The notes under the pieces: generated by a model | Databases searched by the model: none | The model's input: the letters and a program-made list of their open reading frames with translations, nothing else | Told to the model about the DNA's origin: nothing | Program-made: the position numbers and the translations under genes | Shown: piece after piece, positions 44,380 to 53,592 of the stretch | Layout of the letters: each line of letters opens with the position of its first letter | Position numbering within the stretch: the stretch's first letter is position 1 | Assembly: GCA_045546555.1 (NCBI GenBank) | Contig: JAZQCY010000092.1 | Span: 1-55,114, forward strand | Length of the DNA: 55,114 bases | Source: Acutalibacteraceae bacterium | GTDB lineage: Bacteria; Bacillota; Clostridia; Oscillospirales; Acutalibacteraceae | Direction: 5' to 3'

Positions 44380-46134
44380 ATGAAAAGGATTATTTCAATC
44401 ATTGCTGTATTAGCACTTGTTTTGGGATTGCTTGTCGGCTGTGGTGGCGATGGCGACGGCGATTCCGCAAGCACCCCCAATGGAGTAAACGACGGCATAT
44501 TCTCTACCGATACCGTAAAGCTTGCCGATGCCAACGGTGAGGCAGTCTACAACTTTGTCCGTGCCGACAGTCTTTCGGCCGAGGCCACTGCCAAAGCTTT
44601 GACGCTTTTCTCGGCCCTTAAAAAGGACCTTGGATTGAAGTCGCTCAAAAATATGGCCGACTCCGCCTCCGACGGTATTGACAAATATGAGATATTGGTC
44701 GGTCAAACCAATCGAACCGAGTCTGCAAAGGCCTTGGAGCATCTGCGCACCCTGAACAACCGTCGCAGTCACGATTTTATTATTGCCACCATTGGCAAAA
44801 AGATCGTCATCAACGCCTTTACCGATGAGGCTGTTATGAAGGCGGTCGACTATTTTATCGCAAACTATATGAAGGCCACCATTGAGGGCGGCATCAAGTA
44901 CATAAGCCTTACGGCGGGTGACTATGCCGACGTTAAGATCAATGGCGCTCACATCAGCCAATTCAAGATAATCAGACCTCAGTATAACAGTTCTTATCTT
45001 ACCCAAATGCAGATCGATGCACTTATCGACGATGCCGATAAGACCTATGCATATCTTGTTGACTGTGTTGATGACAAGCAGACAGCAGGGGAGTACGAGA
45101 TCATAGTCGGCAACTCTGACCGTGAGGGTGTTTCGGCTGTTCTTGACCGTGACGAGTTCAAGATCACCGTTTCGGGCAAGAAGGTCTACTTAAACGGCGG
45201 CTCGGTAGAGGCTACCGCAATGGCCGTTTCGGAGTTTGCCAAGCTGCTCAAAAAGGGTAACATTACCGATGCCGATACCAAGATCGGAAGCTATGCCCAA
45301 ACCGTTGCAGGCTATGATAAGTCAAAGTATTACACCTTCTCCTGGGGTGACGATTTTGACGGTGATGAGATCGATACCACCAAGTGGCGTGTTGTTCCGG
45401 ACGGACCTTATAACAATAAGGGTATGAACGGCCGCCGTTCCATCCGTACCGACGATCCTCAGTACGTCTACGTCAAGGACGGTCATTTCCATATCGATGC
45501 CGCCGTCAACGGAAACGACTATATCGGCGGTATGCTTATGACCTACAACAGCATGATATACCGATACGGCTACCTCGAAATGAGCGCTATATTGCCTCAC
45601 GGTGACGGCTTCTGGACGGCACTTTGGGTCGACTCACGAGGACATAGCTTTGATATCACCGACGAAAAGGGCTTGGTTTACGATGCTGAGATCGACGTTA
45701 ACGAATGCTTCGGTAATGCCAACGTCGTGGCCGCCAATGTTCACAAGTGGCCTAATGAGCAGGGAACCGAGATGGGTTATCAGCATACCTCGCTTGACGG
45801 TTCACACGGCAACGAAAAGAAGCATTACCTTGCCGAGGGTGAGACCTTTAACAATGCCTTCCACACCTTTGGATTCCTTTGGGATGAGGATGAGCACACA
45901 TTCACCTGCGACGGTCAGGCTTACTTTTCCTACAAAAATAACGAGACCGAGGAAAACCTTGACGGCCTGCATCTTTTGAGCTTCATTCGCTTGAGCGCCG
46001 CCATCGGCTTTGAGACCCAGGGTGTGATCGAGCCCGACGATTCTCCTGCTTGGCACTATTCCAACAAGCTGATCGCCGACTACGTTTATATCTATCAGCT
46101 TCAGGACGGCAAGCATCTGCTTCACACAAAATAA
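44380..46134 (+). CDS. Lipoprotein with C-terminal GH16-type glycoside hydrolase domain (paralog P2)
   Basis: ATG at 44380 after GAAAGGAAGG. MKRIISIIAVLALVLGLLVGC (lipobox). C-terminal motifs: WGDDFDG, YGYLEMSAILPHGDGFWTALW, AEIDVNECFG (ExDxxE) and FHTFGFLWDED. Confidence 0.85.
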   Translation: MKRIISIIAVLALVLGLLVGCGGDGDGDSASTPNGVNDGIFSTDTVKLADANGEAVYNFVRADSLSAEATAKALTLFSALKKDLGLKSLKNMADSASDGIDKYEILVGQTNRTESAKALEHLRTLNNRRSHDFIIATIGKKIVINAFTDEAVMKAVDYFIANYMKATIEGGIKYISLTAGDYADVKINGAHISQFKIIRPQYNSSYLTQMQIDALIDDADKTYAYLVDCVDDKQTAGEYEIIVGNSDREGVSAVLDRDEFKITVSGKKVYLNGGSVEATAMAVSEFAKLLKKGNITDADTKIGSYAQTVAGYDKSKYYTFSWGDDFDGDEIDTTKWRVVPDGPYNNKGMNGRRSIRTDDPQYVYVKDGHFHIDAAVNGNDYIGGMLMTYNSMIYRYGYLEMSAILPHGDGFWTALWVDSRGHSFDITDEKGLVYDAEIDVNECFGNANVVAANVHKWPNEQGTEMGYQHTSLDGSHGNEKKHYLAEGETFNNAFHTFGFLWDEDEHTFTCDGQAYFSYKNNETEENLDGLHLLSFIRLSAAIGFETQGVIEPDDSPAWHYSNKLIADYVYIYQLQDGKHLLHTK

Positions 46135-46148
46135 AATTCAACTAAACA

Positions 46149-46176
46149 ACCGGCCTTCTGAAAACAGAGGGCCGGT
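46149..46176 (+). terminator. Rho-independent terminator after P2
   Basis: Stem ACCGGCCTTCTG/CAGAGGGCCGGT, followed by TATTTGTATTTTTTT. Confidence 0.7.
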
Positions 46177-46284
46177 TATTTGTATTTTTTTACATTTTGT
46201 TTGCGCTTTTTTACATTGTGTTTGATTTGAGCTGAAACTATAATTAAAATGAAAGAAACAAAATATGCTTGGAGGTATTTTGTT

Positions 46285-48045
46285 ATGCGAAGATTTGTTT
46301 CTTTGATGATGGCATTGTTTTTGATGATTAGCCTGCTGGCGGCTTGCGGATCGGATGGAGCGGACGCTTCAAACGGCTCAAGTGCTGCTGTTAATGCCGA
46401 CGGCTTTTCAACCGAAACGGTCAAGTTTGTTGACGATAATGGCGAGTCGGTCTATAACATCATCCGCGCACAGAACTTTTCGGGAGAGGCCGTAGCCAAG
46501 GCTAAGGAGCTTTTTACCGCTTTAAAGTCGGCTGTTAGTGTTAAGAATCTCAAGAATCAGTCCGACGATGCGGTTAAGGCCAATTCCGACGAGTATGAGA
46601 TACTTTTGGGTCACACCAACCGTCCCGAGTCGCAAACTGCTTTAGATCATCTGCGAACCAAGAGCTCGGGTCGTAGCCGTGATTTTATCATAGCAACGGT
46701 CGGAAAGAAGATAGTTATCAATGCCTTTAGCGAGTCGGGCATTATGGATGCGATCGATTATTTTGTTGCCAATTATTGTAAGGCCACCATTGAGGGCGGC
46801 ATCTATTATGTCTGCACCACCGAGGGTCAGTATCCCAACGTTACAATCAACGGCACGGCATTGGGCAGCTTCTGCATCGTCCGTCCCAAGTATAACGTTT
46901 CCTATATAGTTCAGCTTCAGATCGATGAGCTTCAAAAGCTGGTTGACAGCACCTATGCATATGCCCTTGAATGTCACAAGGATGACGAGGCCGAAGCCGA
47001 GTATGAGATAATCGTCGGCGAAGCACAGCGTTCAGGCGTTCAGTATCTCGGCGGTGATGAATATGGCATTGTTGTCTTGGGCAAGAAGGTTTACCTCAAC
47101 GGCGGCTCCATTCAGGCTACCGCAATGGCGGTTTCAGAGTTTGGAAAGCTTTTGAGCAAGGGTGGGCTGACCGATGCCGACACCGTTTTTGGAAGATGTA
47201 GCGAGGCAATAGCCAATTACGATAAGTCGAAGTATTATACCTACTCGTGGGGTGATGATTTCGATGGCAATGCCATTGATACGACCAAGTGGTACGTTGC
47301 ACCCGAGGGTCGCTTCGATGTTCCCGGAATGAACGGCAGGACCTCTATTAGAACCGATAGCAAGAACAACGTTTTCCTTAATGACGGCAAGTTCTACATC
47401 AAAGCAAGCTACACCAAGGATAAGTACATCGGTGGTCTGATAATGACCCAACGTAATATGATCTACCGATACGGTTATCTTGAAATGAGTGCTGTTTTGC
47501 CGCACGGAGACGGCTTCTGGTCGGCTTTGTGGGTCGACTCACGCGGGCACACCTTCTGGCCGCCACCTGAGGAAGAGGCAGGCAAGCTGTACGGTGCCGA
47601 GATCGACGTTAACGAGTGCTTTGGTAATGCCAACGTGATCGCCGCTAACGTTCACAAGTGGCCTACCGATGAGGGTGCCGCTATCGGACACGGCCATACC
47701 TCACTTGATGCAACCTACGGTAACCAAAAGAAATACAGCCTCACAGACGGTGAGACCTTTAACAACGGCTTCCACACCTTTGGCTTCATCTGGACCGATA
47801 CTCATCACTCCTTCACCTGCGACGGCGAGATATATTTCTCCTATGAAAATAACACGACCGATCTTGACCGTGACGGTCTGCACGTGCTTAGCTTTGTGCG
47901 CTTGAGTGCAGCCATAGGCTACGAGTCACTCGGTACTATTGCCGCAGATGATGATCCCGTTTGGAACACCTCCAACGAGCTTATCGTTGATTACGTTCAC
48001 ATCTATCAGTTAGATGACGGTAAGTCAGAACTTCTTACACAGTAA
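46285..48045 (+). CDS. Lipoprotein with C-terminal GH16-type glycoside hydrolase domain (paralog P3)
   Basis: ATG at 46285, 9 nt after GGAGG. MRRFVSLMMALFLMISLLAAC (lipobox). Same domain order as P2. YGYLEMSAVLPHGDGFWSALW...WPPPEEEAGKLYGAEIDVNECFG. Confidence 0.85.
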   Translation: MRRFVSLMMALFLMISLLAACGSDGADASNGSSAAVNADGFSTETVKFVDDNGESVYNIIRAQNFSGEAVAKAKELFTALKSAVSVKNLKNQSDDAVKANSDEYEILLGHTNRPESQTALDHLRTKSSGRSRDFIIATVGKKIVINAFSESGIMDAIDYFVANYCKATIEGGIYYVCTTEGQYPNVTINGTALGSFCIVRPKYNVSYIVQLQIDELQKLVDSTYAYALECHKDDEAEAEYEIIVGEAQRSGVQYLGGDEYGIVVLGKKVYLNGGSIQATAMAVSEFGKLLSKGGLTDADTVFGRCSEAIANYDKSKYYTYSWGDDFDGNAIDTTKWYVAPEGRFDVPGMNGRTSIRTDSKNNVFLNDGKFYIKASYTKDKYIGGLIMTQRNMIYRYGYLEMSAVLPHGDGFWSALWVDSRGHTFWPPPEEEAGKLYGAEIDVNECFGNANVIAANVHKWPTDEGAAIGHGHTSLDATYGNQKKYSLTDGETFNNGFHTFGFIWTDTHHSFTCDGEIYFSYENNTTDLDRDGLHVLSFVRLSAAIGYESLGTIAADDDPVWNTSNELIVDYVHIYQLDDGKSELLTQ

Positions 48046-48065
48046 TATTTACAGTTACATTTCAA

Positions 48066-48097
48066 CCTACCCTCTGTGACAAGAGGGTAGGTTTTTT
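48066..48097 (+). terminator. Rho-independent terminator after P3
   Basis: 10-bp stem CCTACCCTCT/AGAGGGTAGG followed by TTTTTT. Confidence 0.8.
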
Positions 48098-48181
48098 ACA
48101 TTTCGTTTGCGTTTTTTTACATTGTGTGTGATTTGGATTGAGATTATAATTGAAATAAGAAAAGTGAAAGGTGTGAAGTGA

Positions 48182-49654
48182 ATGAAAAGGGTTATATTGC
48201 TCTTGATTGTGATGGCTTTGACCGTCGGCTTGCTCGCAGGCTGTGGAGGAAACGATCAGACTGCCTCAAACGGCAGTTCAACCGATGCTTTGAGCAGCGC
48301 ATCAGGTGCCGGTTCAAGTGTGACGGGCTCGTCAGGCGACACCGCAAGTAAAGATCAGACGTCAGGCGATGCCACAAGCAGTGACCAAACGCCAAGCGAT
48401 ATTATAAGCAACGACCGGCCGTCAGAAAACCCCGAACATGGAACCGTATACGGTATAAACGGTTATCCCATGGATGAATTCAAGGTTGTCTGGCAGCACG
48501 CCAACGCCTCATATATTGTCAAGCTTCAGATCGACGAGCTTGCAAAAGCTATTGAAGATAAGTATCTCTGCACGCCTGAATACTGCGACACCAACACCTC
48601 GCACGAATATGAGATATTTGTGGGTATTACACGTGAAGGAATGGTCTTAGCAAACGATCCGAACACATACGCAATAAACATCAGTGATAAAAAGGTTTAC
48701 CTTTACGGCGGCTCCATCCAGGCCACGGCAATGGCTGTTTCGGAATTTGCCAGGATGCTTCAAAAGGGCGGCGTATCGGATGCCGACAGCATGACAGGCA
48801 AGTATAGCGAGGCTATTGGCGGTTATGATCTTTCCAAGTATTACACCTATGCTTGGGGTGACGATTTCAATGGTAACGTGATCGATAAGTCAAAATGGTA
48901 CGTTGCCCCTGAAGGAAAATTCGACAGTACAGGCATGAATGGCAGAAAGTCTATTCGCACTGATGACCCCAACTATGTATTTGTAAGCGGCGGTAAATTC
49001 CATATTCGCGCAGGCTATACCAAGGATAAATATATCGGCGGTCTGTTGATGAGCCACCGCCATATGATGTATAAGTACGGTTACCTTGAAATGAGTGCTC
49101 TTTTGCCGCACGGTGACGGCTTCTGGACGGCTTTGTGGCTTGACACAAGAGGTCACACCTTCTGGCCGCCACCCGAGCAGGCCACAGGCAAGCTGTTTGG
49201 CGCTGAAATCGATGTCAACGAATGCTTCGGCAACTCGGCGACCATTGCCGCCAATGTTCACAAGTGGCCAACCGAGCAAGGAACAAAAGAGGGCTATTCG
49301 CACACATCACTCGACACGCCGCAGTACGATAACGACAAAAAGCATAGTTTAGAATCAGGAAACACGTTTGGCGAAGGCTTCCACACCTTTGGTCTTTTAT
49401 GGGACGAGGATGAGCATACCTTCACCTGCGACGGTGAGGTCTATTTCACCTATAAAAACAACACCACCCCCGAAGACCGTGACGGACTCCATCAATTGAG
49501 CTTTATCCGCTTGAGTATGGCTACCGGTTTTGCCTCCTTGGGCAGGGTGGCCGCCGATAACGATCCGGCATGGAAGACCTCAAATGAGCTGGCCGTTGAC
49601 TACGTTCACGTTTATCAGTTGCAGGACGGAAAGCAGATTTTATTGACCCAATAA
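48182..49654 (+). CDS. Lipoprotein with C-terminal GH16-type glycoside hydrolase domain, shortened N-terminal region (paralog P4)
   Basis: MKRVILLLIVMALTVGLLAGC (lipobox), an S/T/D-rich linker, one N-terminal repeat unit, then YGYLEMSALLPHGDGFWTALW...WPPPEQATGKLFGAEIDVNECFG. Confidence 0.85.
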   Translation: MKRVILLLIVMALTVGLLAGCGGNDQTASNGSSTDALSSASGAGSSVTGSSGDTASKDQTSGDATSSDQTPSDIISNDRPSENPEHGTVYGINGYPMDEFKVVWQHANASYIVKLQIDELAKAIEDKYLCTPEYCDTNTSHEYEIFVGITREGMVLANDPNTYAINISDKKVYLYGGSIQATAMAVSEFARMLQKGGVSDADSMTGKYSEAIGGYDLSKYYTYAWGDDFNGNVIDKSKWYVAPEGKFDSTGMNGRKSIRTDDPNYVFVSGGKFHIRAGYTKDKYIGGLLMSHRHMMYKYGYLEMSALLPHGDGFWTALWLDTRGHTFWPPPEQATGKLFGAEIDVNECFGNSATIAANVHKWPTEQGTKEGYSHTSLDTPQYDNDKKHSLESGNTFGEGFHTFGLLWDEDEHTFTCDGEVYFTYKNNTTPEDRDGLHQLSFIRLSMATGFASLGRVAADNDPAWKTSNELAVDYVHVYQLQDGKQILLTQ

Positions 49655-49661
49655 AAAACAC

Positions 49662-49690
49662 TTGCAATTTTGAAACATAGGGTGTATAAT
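49662..49690 (+). promoter_or_regulatory. Sigma-A type promoter of the pheST leader
   Basis: TTGCAA (49662-49667), a 17-nt spacer, then TATAAT (49685-49690). Confidence 0.55.
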
Positions 49691-49696
49691 ATTTCG

Positions 49697-49970
49697 GTAA
49701 ATAAAATATTTTGTCCCGAAACGCTATGATGAAGTAAAGTAACCGTCTTTAAGGCTTACAGAGAGGCGCACCTTGGCTGGAAGTGTGCTGACCGAAATGA
49801 CAGTGAAGTTCCCTTCGGAGCGGCGGTGTTGAATTTTCAGTAGGCACCGACGGAAAAGGCACCGTTATTAGCCTAAAGAGTGTTTGCTCTATAGCAAAAA
49901 TGCGGGTGGTACCGCGGAGTTTTGTATTTTTACAGCTTCGTCCCTAATTCTGGGGACGAAGTTTTTATTT
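49697..49970 (+). promoter_or_regulatory. T-box riboswitch leader, phenylalanine specifier (UUC)
   Basis: Stem I has AGAGA. The specifier context is GAAG-TTC-C, with TTC at 49809-49811. The canonical T-box AATGCGGGTGGTACCGCGG is at 49898-49917. The terminator is CTTCGTCCC/GGGACGAAG (49936-49961) plus TTTTTATTTT. Confidence 0.9.
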
Positions 49971-50010
49971 TGCATATTACCTTTACATTAGTATAGTAGG
50001 AGGAAGAAAA

Positions 50011-51030
50011 ATGAAAGAGAAACTGCAAAGCTTAAAGTCCGAAGCTTTGGCCGCCGTGGCCGCCGCCACCGACGAAAAGCTTTTGGACGAGGTGCGTGTC
50101 AAGTACCTTGGCAAAAAGGGTGAGCTGACCGCAATTCTCAAACAGATGGGAGGCCTTTCTCCCGAGGAGCGCCCCATTATGGGTCAGTTGGACAACAAGG
50201 CCAAGGCTGAATTGGAGGAGGCCATTGCCGCAGCCAATGCCGATTTTAAGGCCAAGGCCGCCGACGCTAAACTCAAGGCCGAGACCTTGGACATCACAAT
50301 GCCTGCAAAGCCTGCCGTAAAGGGCGGCTTGCATCCTTTGAACGTTGTTTTGAATGATATGATCGACATTTTCCAGTCGATGGGCTTTGACGTTGTTGAC
50401 GGCCCCGAGGTTGAGACCGATTATTACAACTTTGAGGCCTTGAATGTTCCGCAGGATCACCCGGCAAGAGATATGCAGGACACCTTCTATTTGGCTGAAA
50501 ACCTGTTGCTGAGAACCCAAACCTCTGCCGCACAGATCAGAACCATGGAAAACCGCAAGCCCCCCATAAAGATCATCTGCCCCGGCCGTGTTTACCGTGC
50601 CGACGAGGTCGATGCAACCCATTCTCCCGTTTTCCATCAGATTGAGGGTCTTGTTGTTGACAAAAACATCACCATGTGCGACCTTAAAGGGGTTTTGGAG
50701 CAGTTCGCTCACGAAATCTACGGCAAGGAGACCGAGGTCAAGTTCCGTCCTTCGTTCTTCCCGTTTACCGAGCCCTCGGTTGAGGTCGACGTAACCTGTT
50801 CCGAGTGCCGTGGCAAGGGCTGCCGTGTATGTAAGGGTAGCGGCTGGATCGAGATATTGGGCGCAGGTATGGTTCACCCGAGAGTATTGAAGGCCTGCGG
50901 AATCGATCCCGAGGAGTATTCGGGCTTTGCATTCGGTATCGGTCTTGACCGTCTTACCACCACCCGTTACAAGATCAGTGACATCCGCCTGCTGTTTGAA
51001 AACGATCTTCGTTTCCTCAAGCAGTTTTAA
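50011..51030 (+). CDS. pheS: Phenylalanine--tRNA ligase alpha subunit
   Basis: 339 aa. [11 protein letters not shown], the class II motifs [12 protein letters not shown] and GAGMVHP...[21 protein letters not shown]. Confidence 0.96.
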   Translation: MKEKLQSLKSEALAAVAAATDEKLLDEVRVKYLGKKGELTAILKQMGGLSPEERPIMGQLDNKAKAELEEAIAAANADFKAKAADAKLKAETLDITMPAKPAVKGGLHPLNVVLNDMIDIFQSMGFDVVDGPEVETDYYNFEALNVPQDHPARDMQDTFYLAENLLLRTQTSAAQIRTMENRKPPIKIICPGRVYRADEVDATHSPVFHQIEGLVVDKNITMCDLKGVLEQFAHEIYGKETEVKFRPSFFPFTEPSVEVDVTCSECRGKGCRVCKGSGWIEILGAGMVHPRVLKACGIDPEEYSGFAFGIGLDRLTTTRYKISDIRLLFENDLRFLKQF

Positions 51031-51052
51031 ATGAAAGGCAAGGTGAAAAACA

Positions 51053-53449
51053 ATGAAAGTAAGTTTAAGTTGGCTTAAAAATTATGTTGATATAGACGTT
51101 CCCGTAGAGGAGCTTTGCGACAAAATGGTCATGGCAGGCTTTGAGGTCGAGGAAATGATCGACCTTTCCAAGTCGATGCGCAACGTAGTTGTCGGCAAGG
51201 TTATGGAGATGGAGCGTCATCCCGATTCCGACCACATGTTTATCTGTCAGGTTGATTGCGGCTTGGGCGAGGATGTTCAGATAGTCACAGGCGCACAGAA
51301 CGTGAACGAGGGCGATCTTGTTCCTGCCGCTCTGCACGATTCCGATCTGCCCAACGGTATGCACATCAAAAAGGGCAAGCTCCGTGGGGTTCCCTCAAAC
51401 GGTATGCTCTGCTCGGGCGAGGAGCTCTGCGTTACCGAGGATGATTACGAGGGTGCTTCGGTTTACGGAATTATGATCTTAAAGCCCGATGCAGGTGTTC
51501 CCGGCACCGATATGCGTGAGGTTTTGGGACTTAACGATTATATTATCGACTTCAAAATCACCGCCAACCGCCCCGACTGTCAGTCTGTTTTGGGTATCGC
51601 ACGTGAGGCCGCCGTTGTTCTTGGCAAGCCGTTCAACGAGCCCAAGCCTGCCTTTAAGACCGTTGGTGAGAATATCAACGATTACATCAATGTAGAGGTC
51701 AAAAATTTCGACCTTTGCCCCAGATACTACGGCAGAGTTATCAAGAATGTAAAGATTCAAGAGTCCCCTGCATGGATGAAAAAGTGCCTGCTTGCAGCAG
51801 GTATGCGTCCTATCAGCAATATCGTTGACATTACCAACTTCGTAATGCTCGAGACCGGTATGCCGATGCACGCATTCGACCTTCGTGATGTTAAGGATCA
51901 CAAGATAATCGTCAGAAACGCCACGGAGGGTGAGCAGATCACCACCCTTGACGGCAAGGAGCACACCCTGACCTCTGATATGCTGGTCATTGCCGACGGC
52001 AAGGAGCCCTCCTGCATCGCAGGTATCATGGGCGGTATGGATAGTGAAATCAAGGACGACACCTCCGAGATATTCTTTGAGTGTGCCAAGTTCCGCCGTG
52101 ACAGCGTAAGAAAGACCGCAAGAAAGCTCGGCATGCGTACCGAAGCAAGCGGCCGTTTCGAGCGTGGCGTTGACATTATTACCGTTGAATACGCAATGAA
52201 CCGTTGCCTGCAGTTGGTCGATGAGCTGGGTGCAGGTGAGGTGGTTGACGGCAACGTTGACTGCAACGCAGGACTGCCCACCGACCGTGAGCTGAATGTA
52301 AAGGTCAGCGACGTTGTAGCACTCCTTGGCATTGACATTCCTGCCGAAACTATGGTTGATATCCTTAATTCTTTACAGATAAAGACCACCCTTAAAGACG
52401 GGGTTTTGAACTGCCTGGTTCCGTCCTTCCGTGATGACGTTGAGGGCAGAGCCGATATTGCCGAAGAGGTTATGCGAATCTACGGCTACGACCACATCAA
52501 GGGAAGCACCATGACGGGTGCCATCGTCCGTGGCCGCAAGCTGCCTGAGCGTATCAAGGCCGATAAAATCAAGGATGCCCTTATCGCCAACGCATTTAAC
52601 GAGATTGCAACCTATTCGTTCATCGGCTCCAAGGCCATTGACGCATTGAAGCTCTCGGAAAACGATGCTCGCAGAAATGCAGTTACCATCCTCAACCCCT
52701 TGGGTGATGAGTACTCCACAATGCGCACACAGCTGGTTACAAGCATGATGACCGTTTTGGCCACCAACTACAACCGCAAGGTTGCCGCCGCAAGACTTTT
52801 TGAGCTGAGCAAGGTCTTCGTGCCCAAGGCTCTGCCCATCACCGAGCAGCCTGCAGAAACACCTGCGCTTTGCCTCGGTCTTTACGGCGAGGGTGAGGAT
52901 TTCTTCACACTTAAAGGCATTGTTGAGGCCGTTGTGGCACTCTTTAGTGATATGATGCCGAGCTATGACCGTGCAAACGAGCCCTATCTCCATCCCGGCC
53001 GCAGTGCTGTGATGAGCGTTGCAGGCAAGCAGATCGCCACCTTCGGTGAGGTTCATCCTGCCGTTGCCGCCGAGTACGGCATTGACGGCAAGGTATTCAT
53101 TGCCGAGATCAAGGCTGATGTGCTTTACATGCAGGAGAAGGCCAAGGTTACCTACAAGCCGTTGCCCAAGTTCCCTGCAGTTGACCGTGATCTTGCGCTT
53201 GTTTGTGATGCCGAAACACCTGTTGGTGTGCTTGAAGCCGCCATCCGTGAGGGCGCAGGTAAGCTCTGTGAGGATATTAAGCTGTTCGACGTTTATCAAG
53301 GCGCACAGATCGCCGAGGGTAAAAAGAGCGTTGCCTACCGTGTAACACTTCGCTCGGCTGAAAGCACCTTGACCGATGAGGTCATCGACCGTGCCGTCAA
53401 CAAGATGATAAAGAAACTTGACGCCGTCGGTGCAACCCTGAGATGCTAA
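51053..53449 (+). CDS. pheT: Phenylalanine--tRNA ligase beta subunit
   Basis: 798 aa. MKVSLSWLKNYVDI, a tRNA-binding OB domain (VVGKVMEMERHPDSDHMFICQVD), B3/4 and B5 domains, and a C-terminal FDX-ACB domain (SVAYRVTLRS). Confidence 0.96.
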   Translation: MKVSLSWLKNYVDIDVPVEELCDKMVMAGFEVEEMIDLSKSMRNVVVGKVMEMERHPDSDHMFICQVDCGLGEDVQIVTGAQNVNEGDLVPAALHDSDLPNGMHIKKGKLRGVPSNGMLCSGEELCVTEDDYEGASVYGIMILKPDAGVPGTDMREVLGLNDYIIDFKITANRPDCQSVLGIAREAAVVLGKPFNEPKPAFKTVGENINDYINVEVKNFDLCPRYYGRVIKNVKIQESPAWMKKCLLAAGMRPISNIVDITNFVMLETGMPMHAFDLRDVKDHKIIVRNATEGEQITTLDGKEHTLTSDMLVIADGKEPSCIAGIMGGMDSEIKDDTSEIFFECAKFRRDSVRKTARKLGMRTEASGRFERGVDIITVEYAMNRCLQLVDELGAGEVVDGNVDCNAGLPTDRELNVKVSDVVALLGIDIPAETMVDILNSLQIKTTLKDGVLNCLVPSFRDDVEGRADIAEEVMRIYGYDHIKGSTMTGAIVRGRKLPERIKADKIKDALIANAFNEIATYSFIGSKAIDALKLSENDARRNAVTILNPLGDEYSTMRTQLVTSMMTVLATNYNRKVAAARLFELSKVFVPKALPITEQPAETPALCLGLYGEGEDFFTLKGIVEAVVALFSDMMPSYDRANEPYLHPGRSAVMSVAGKQIATFGEVHPAVAAEYGIDGKVFIAEIKADVLYMQEKAKVTYKPLPKFPAVDRDLALVCDAETPVGVLEAAIREGAGKLCEDIKLFDVYQGAQIAEGKKSVAYRVTLRSAESTLTDEVIDRAVNKMIKKLDAVGATLRC

Positions 53450-53460
53450 ATAATCGATCA

Positions 53461-53496
53461 AAGGACTGTTTTGCTTGTGCGAAACAGTCCTTTTTC
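53461..53496 (+). terminator. Rho-independent terminator after pheT
   Basis: 11-bp stem AAGGACTGTTT/AAACAGTCCTT followed by TTTTC. Confidence 0.75.
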
Positions 53497-53520
53497 GAAA
53501 ATTTTTCGTTGAATTTAAGA

Positions 53521-53548
53521 TTGACATATTTCCTCCCTGCGGTAAAAT
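53521..53548 (+). promoter_or_regulatory. Sigma-A type promoter
   Basis: TTGACA (53521-53526), a 16-nt spacer, then TAAAAT (53543-53548). Confidence 0.45.
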
Positions 53549-53592
53549 AAAGGTGAGCAGTAAGGCTCACACCACCGCAAGGAGGATTTTTT

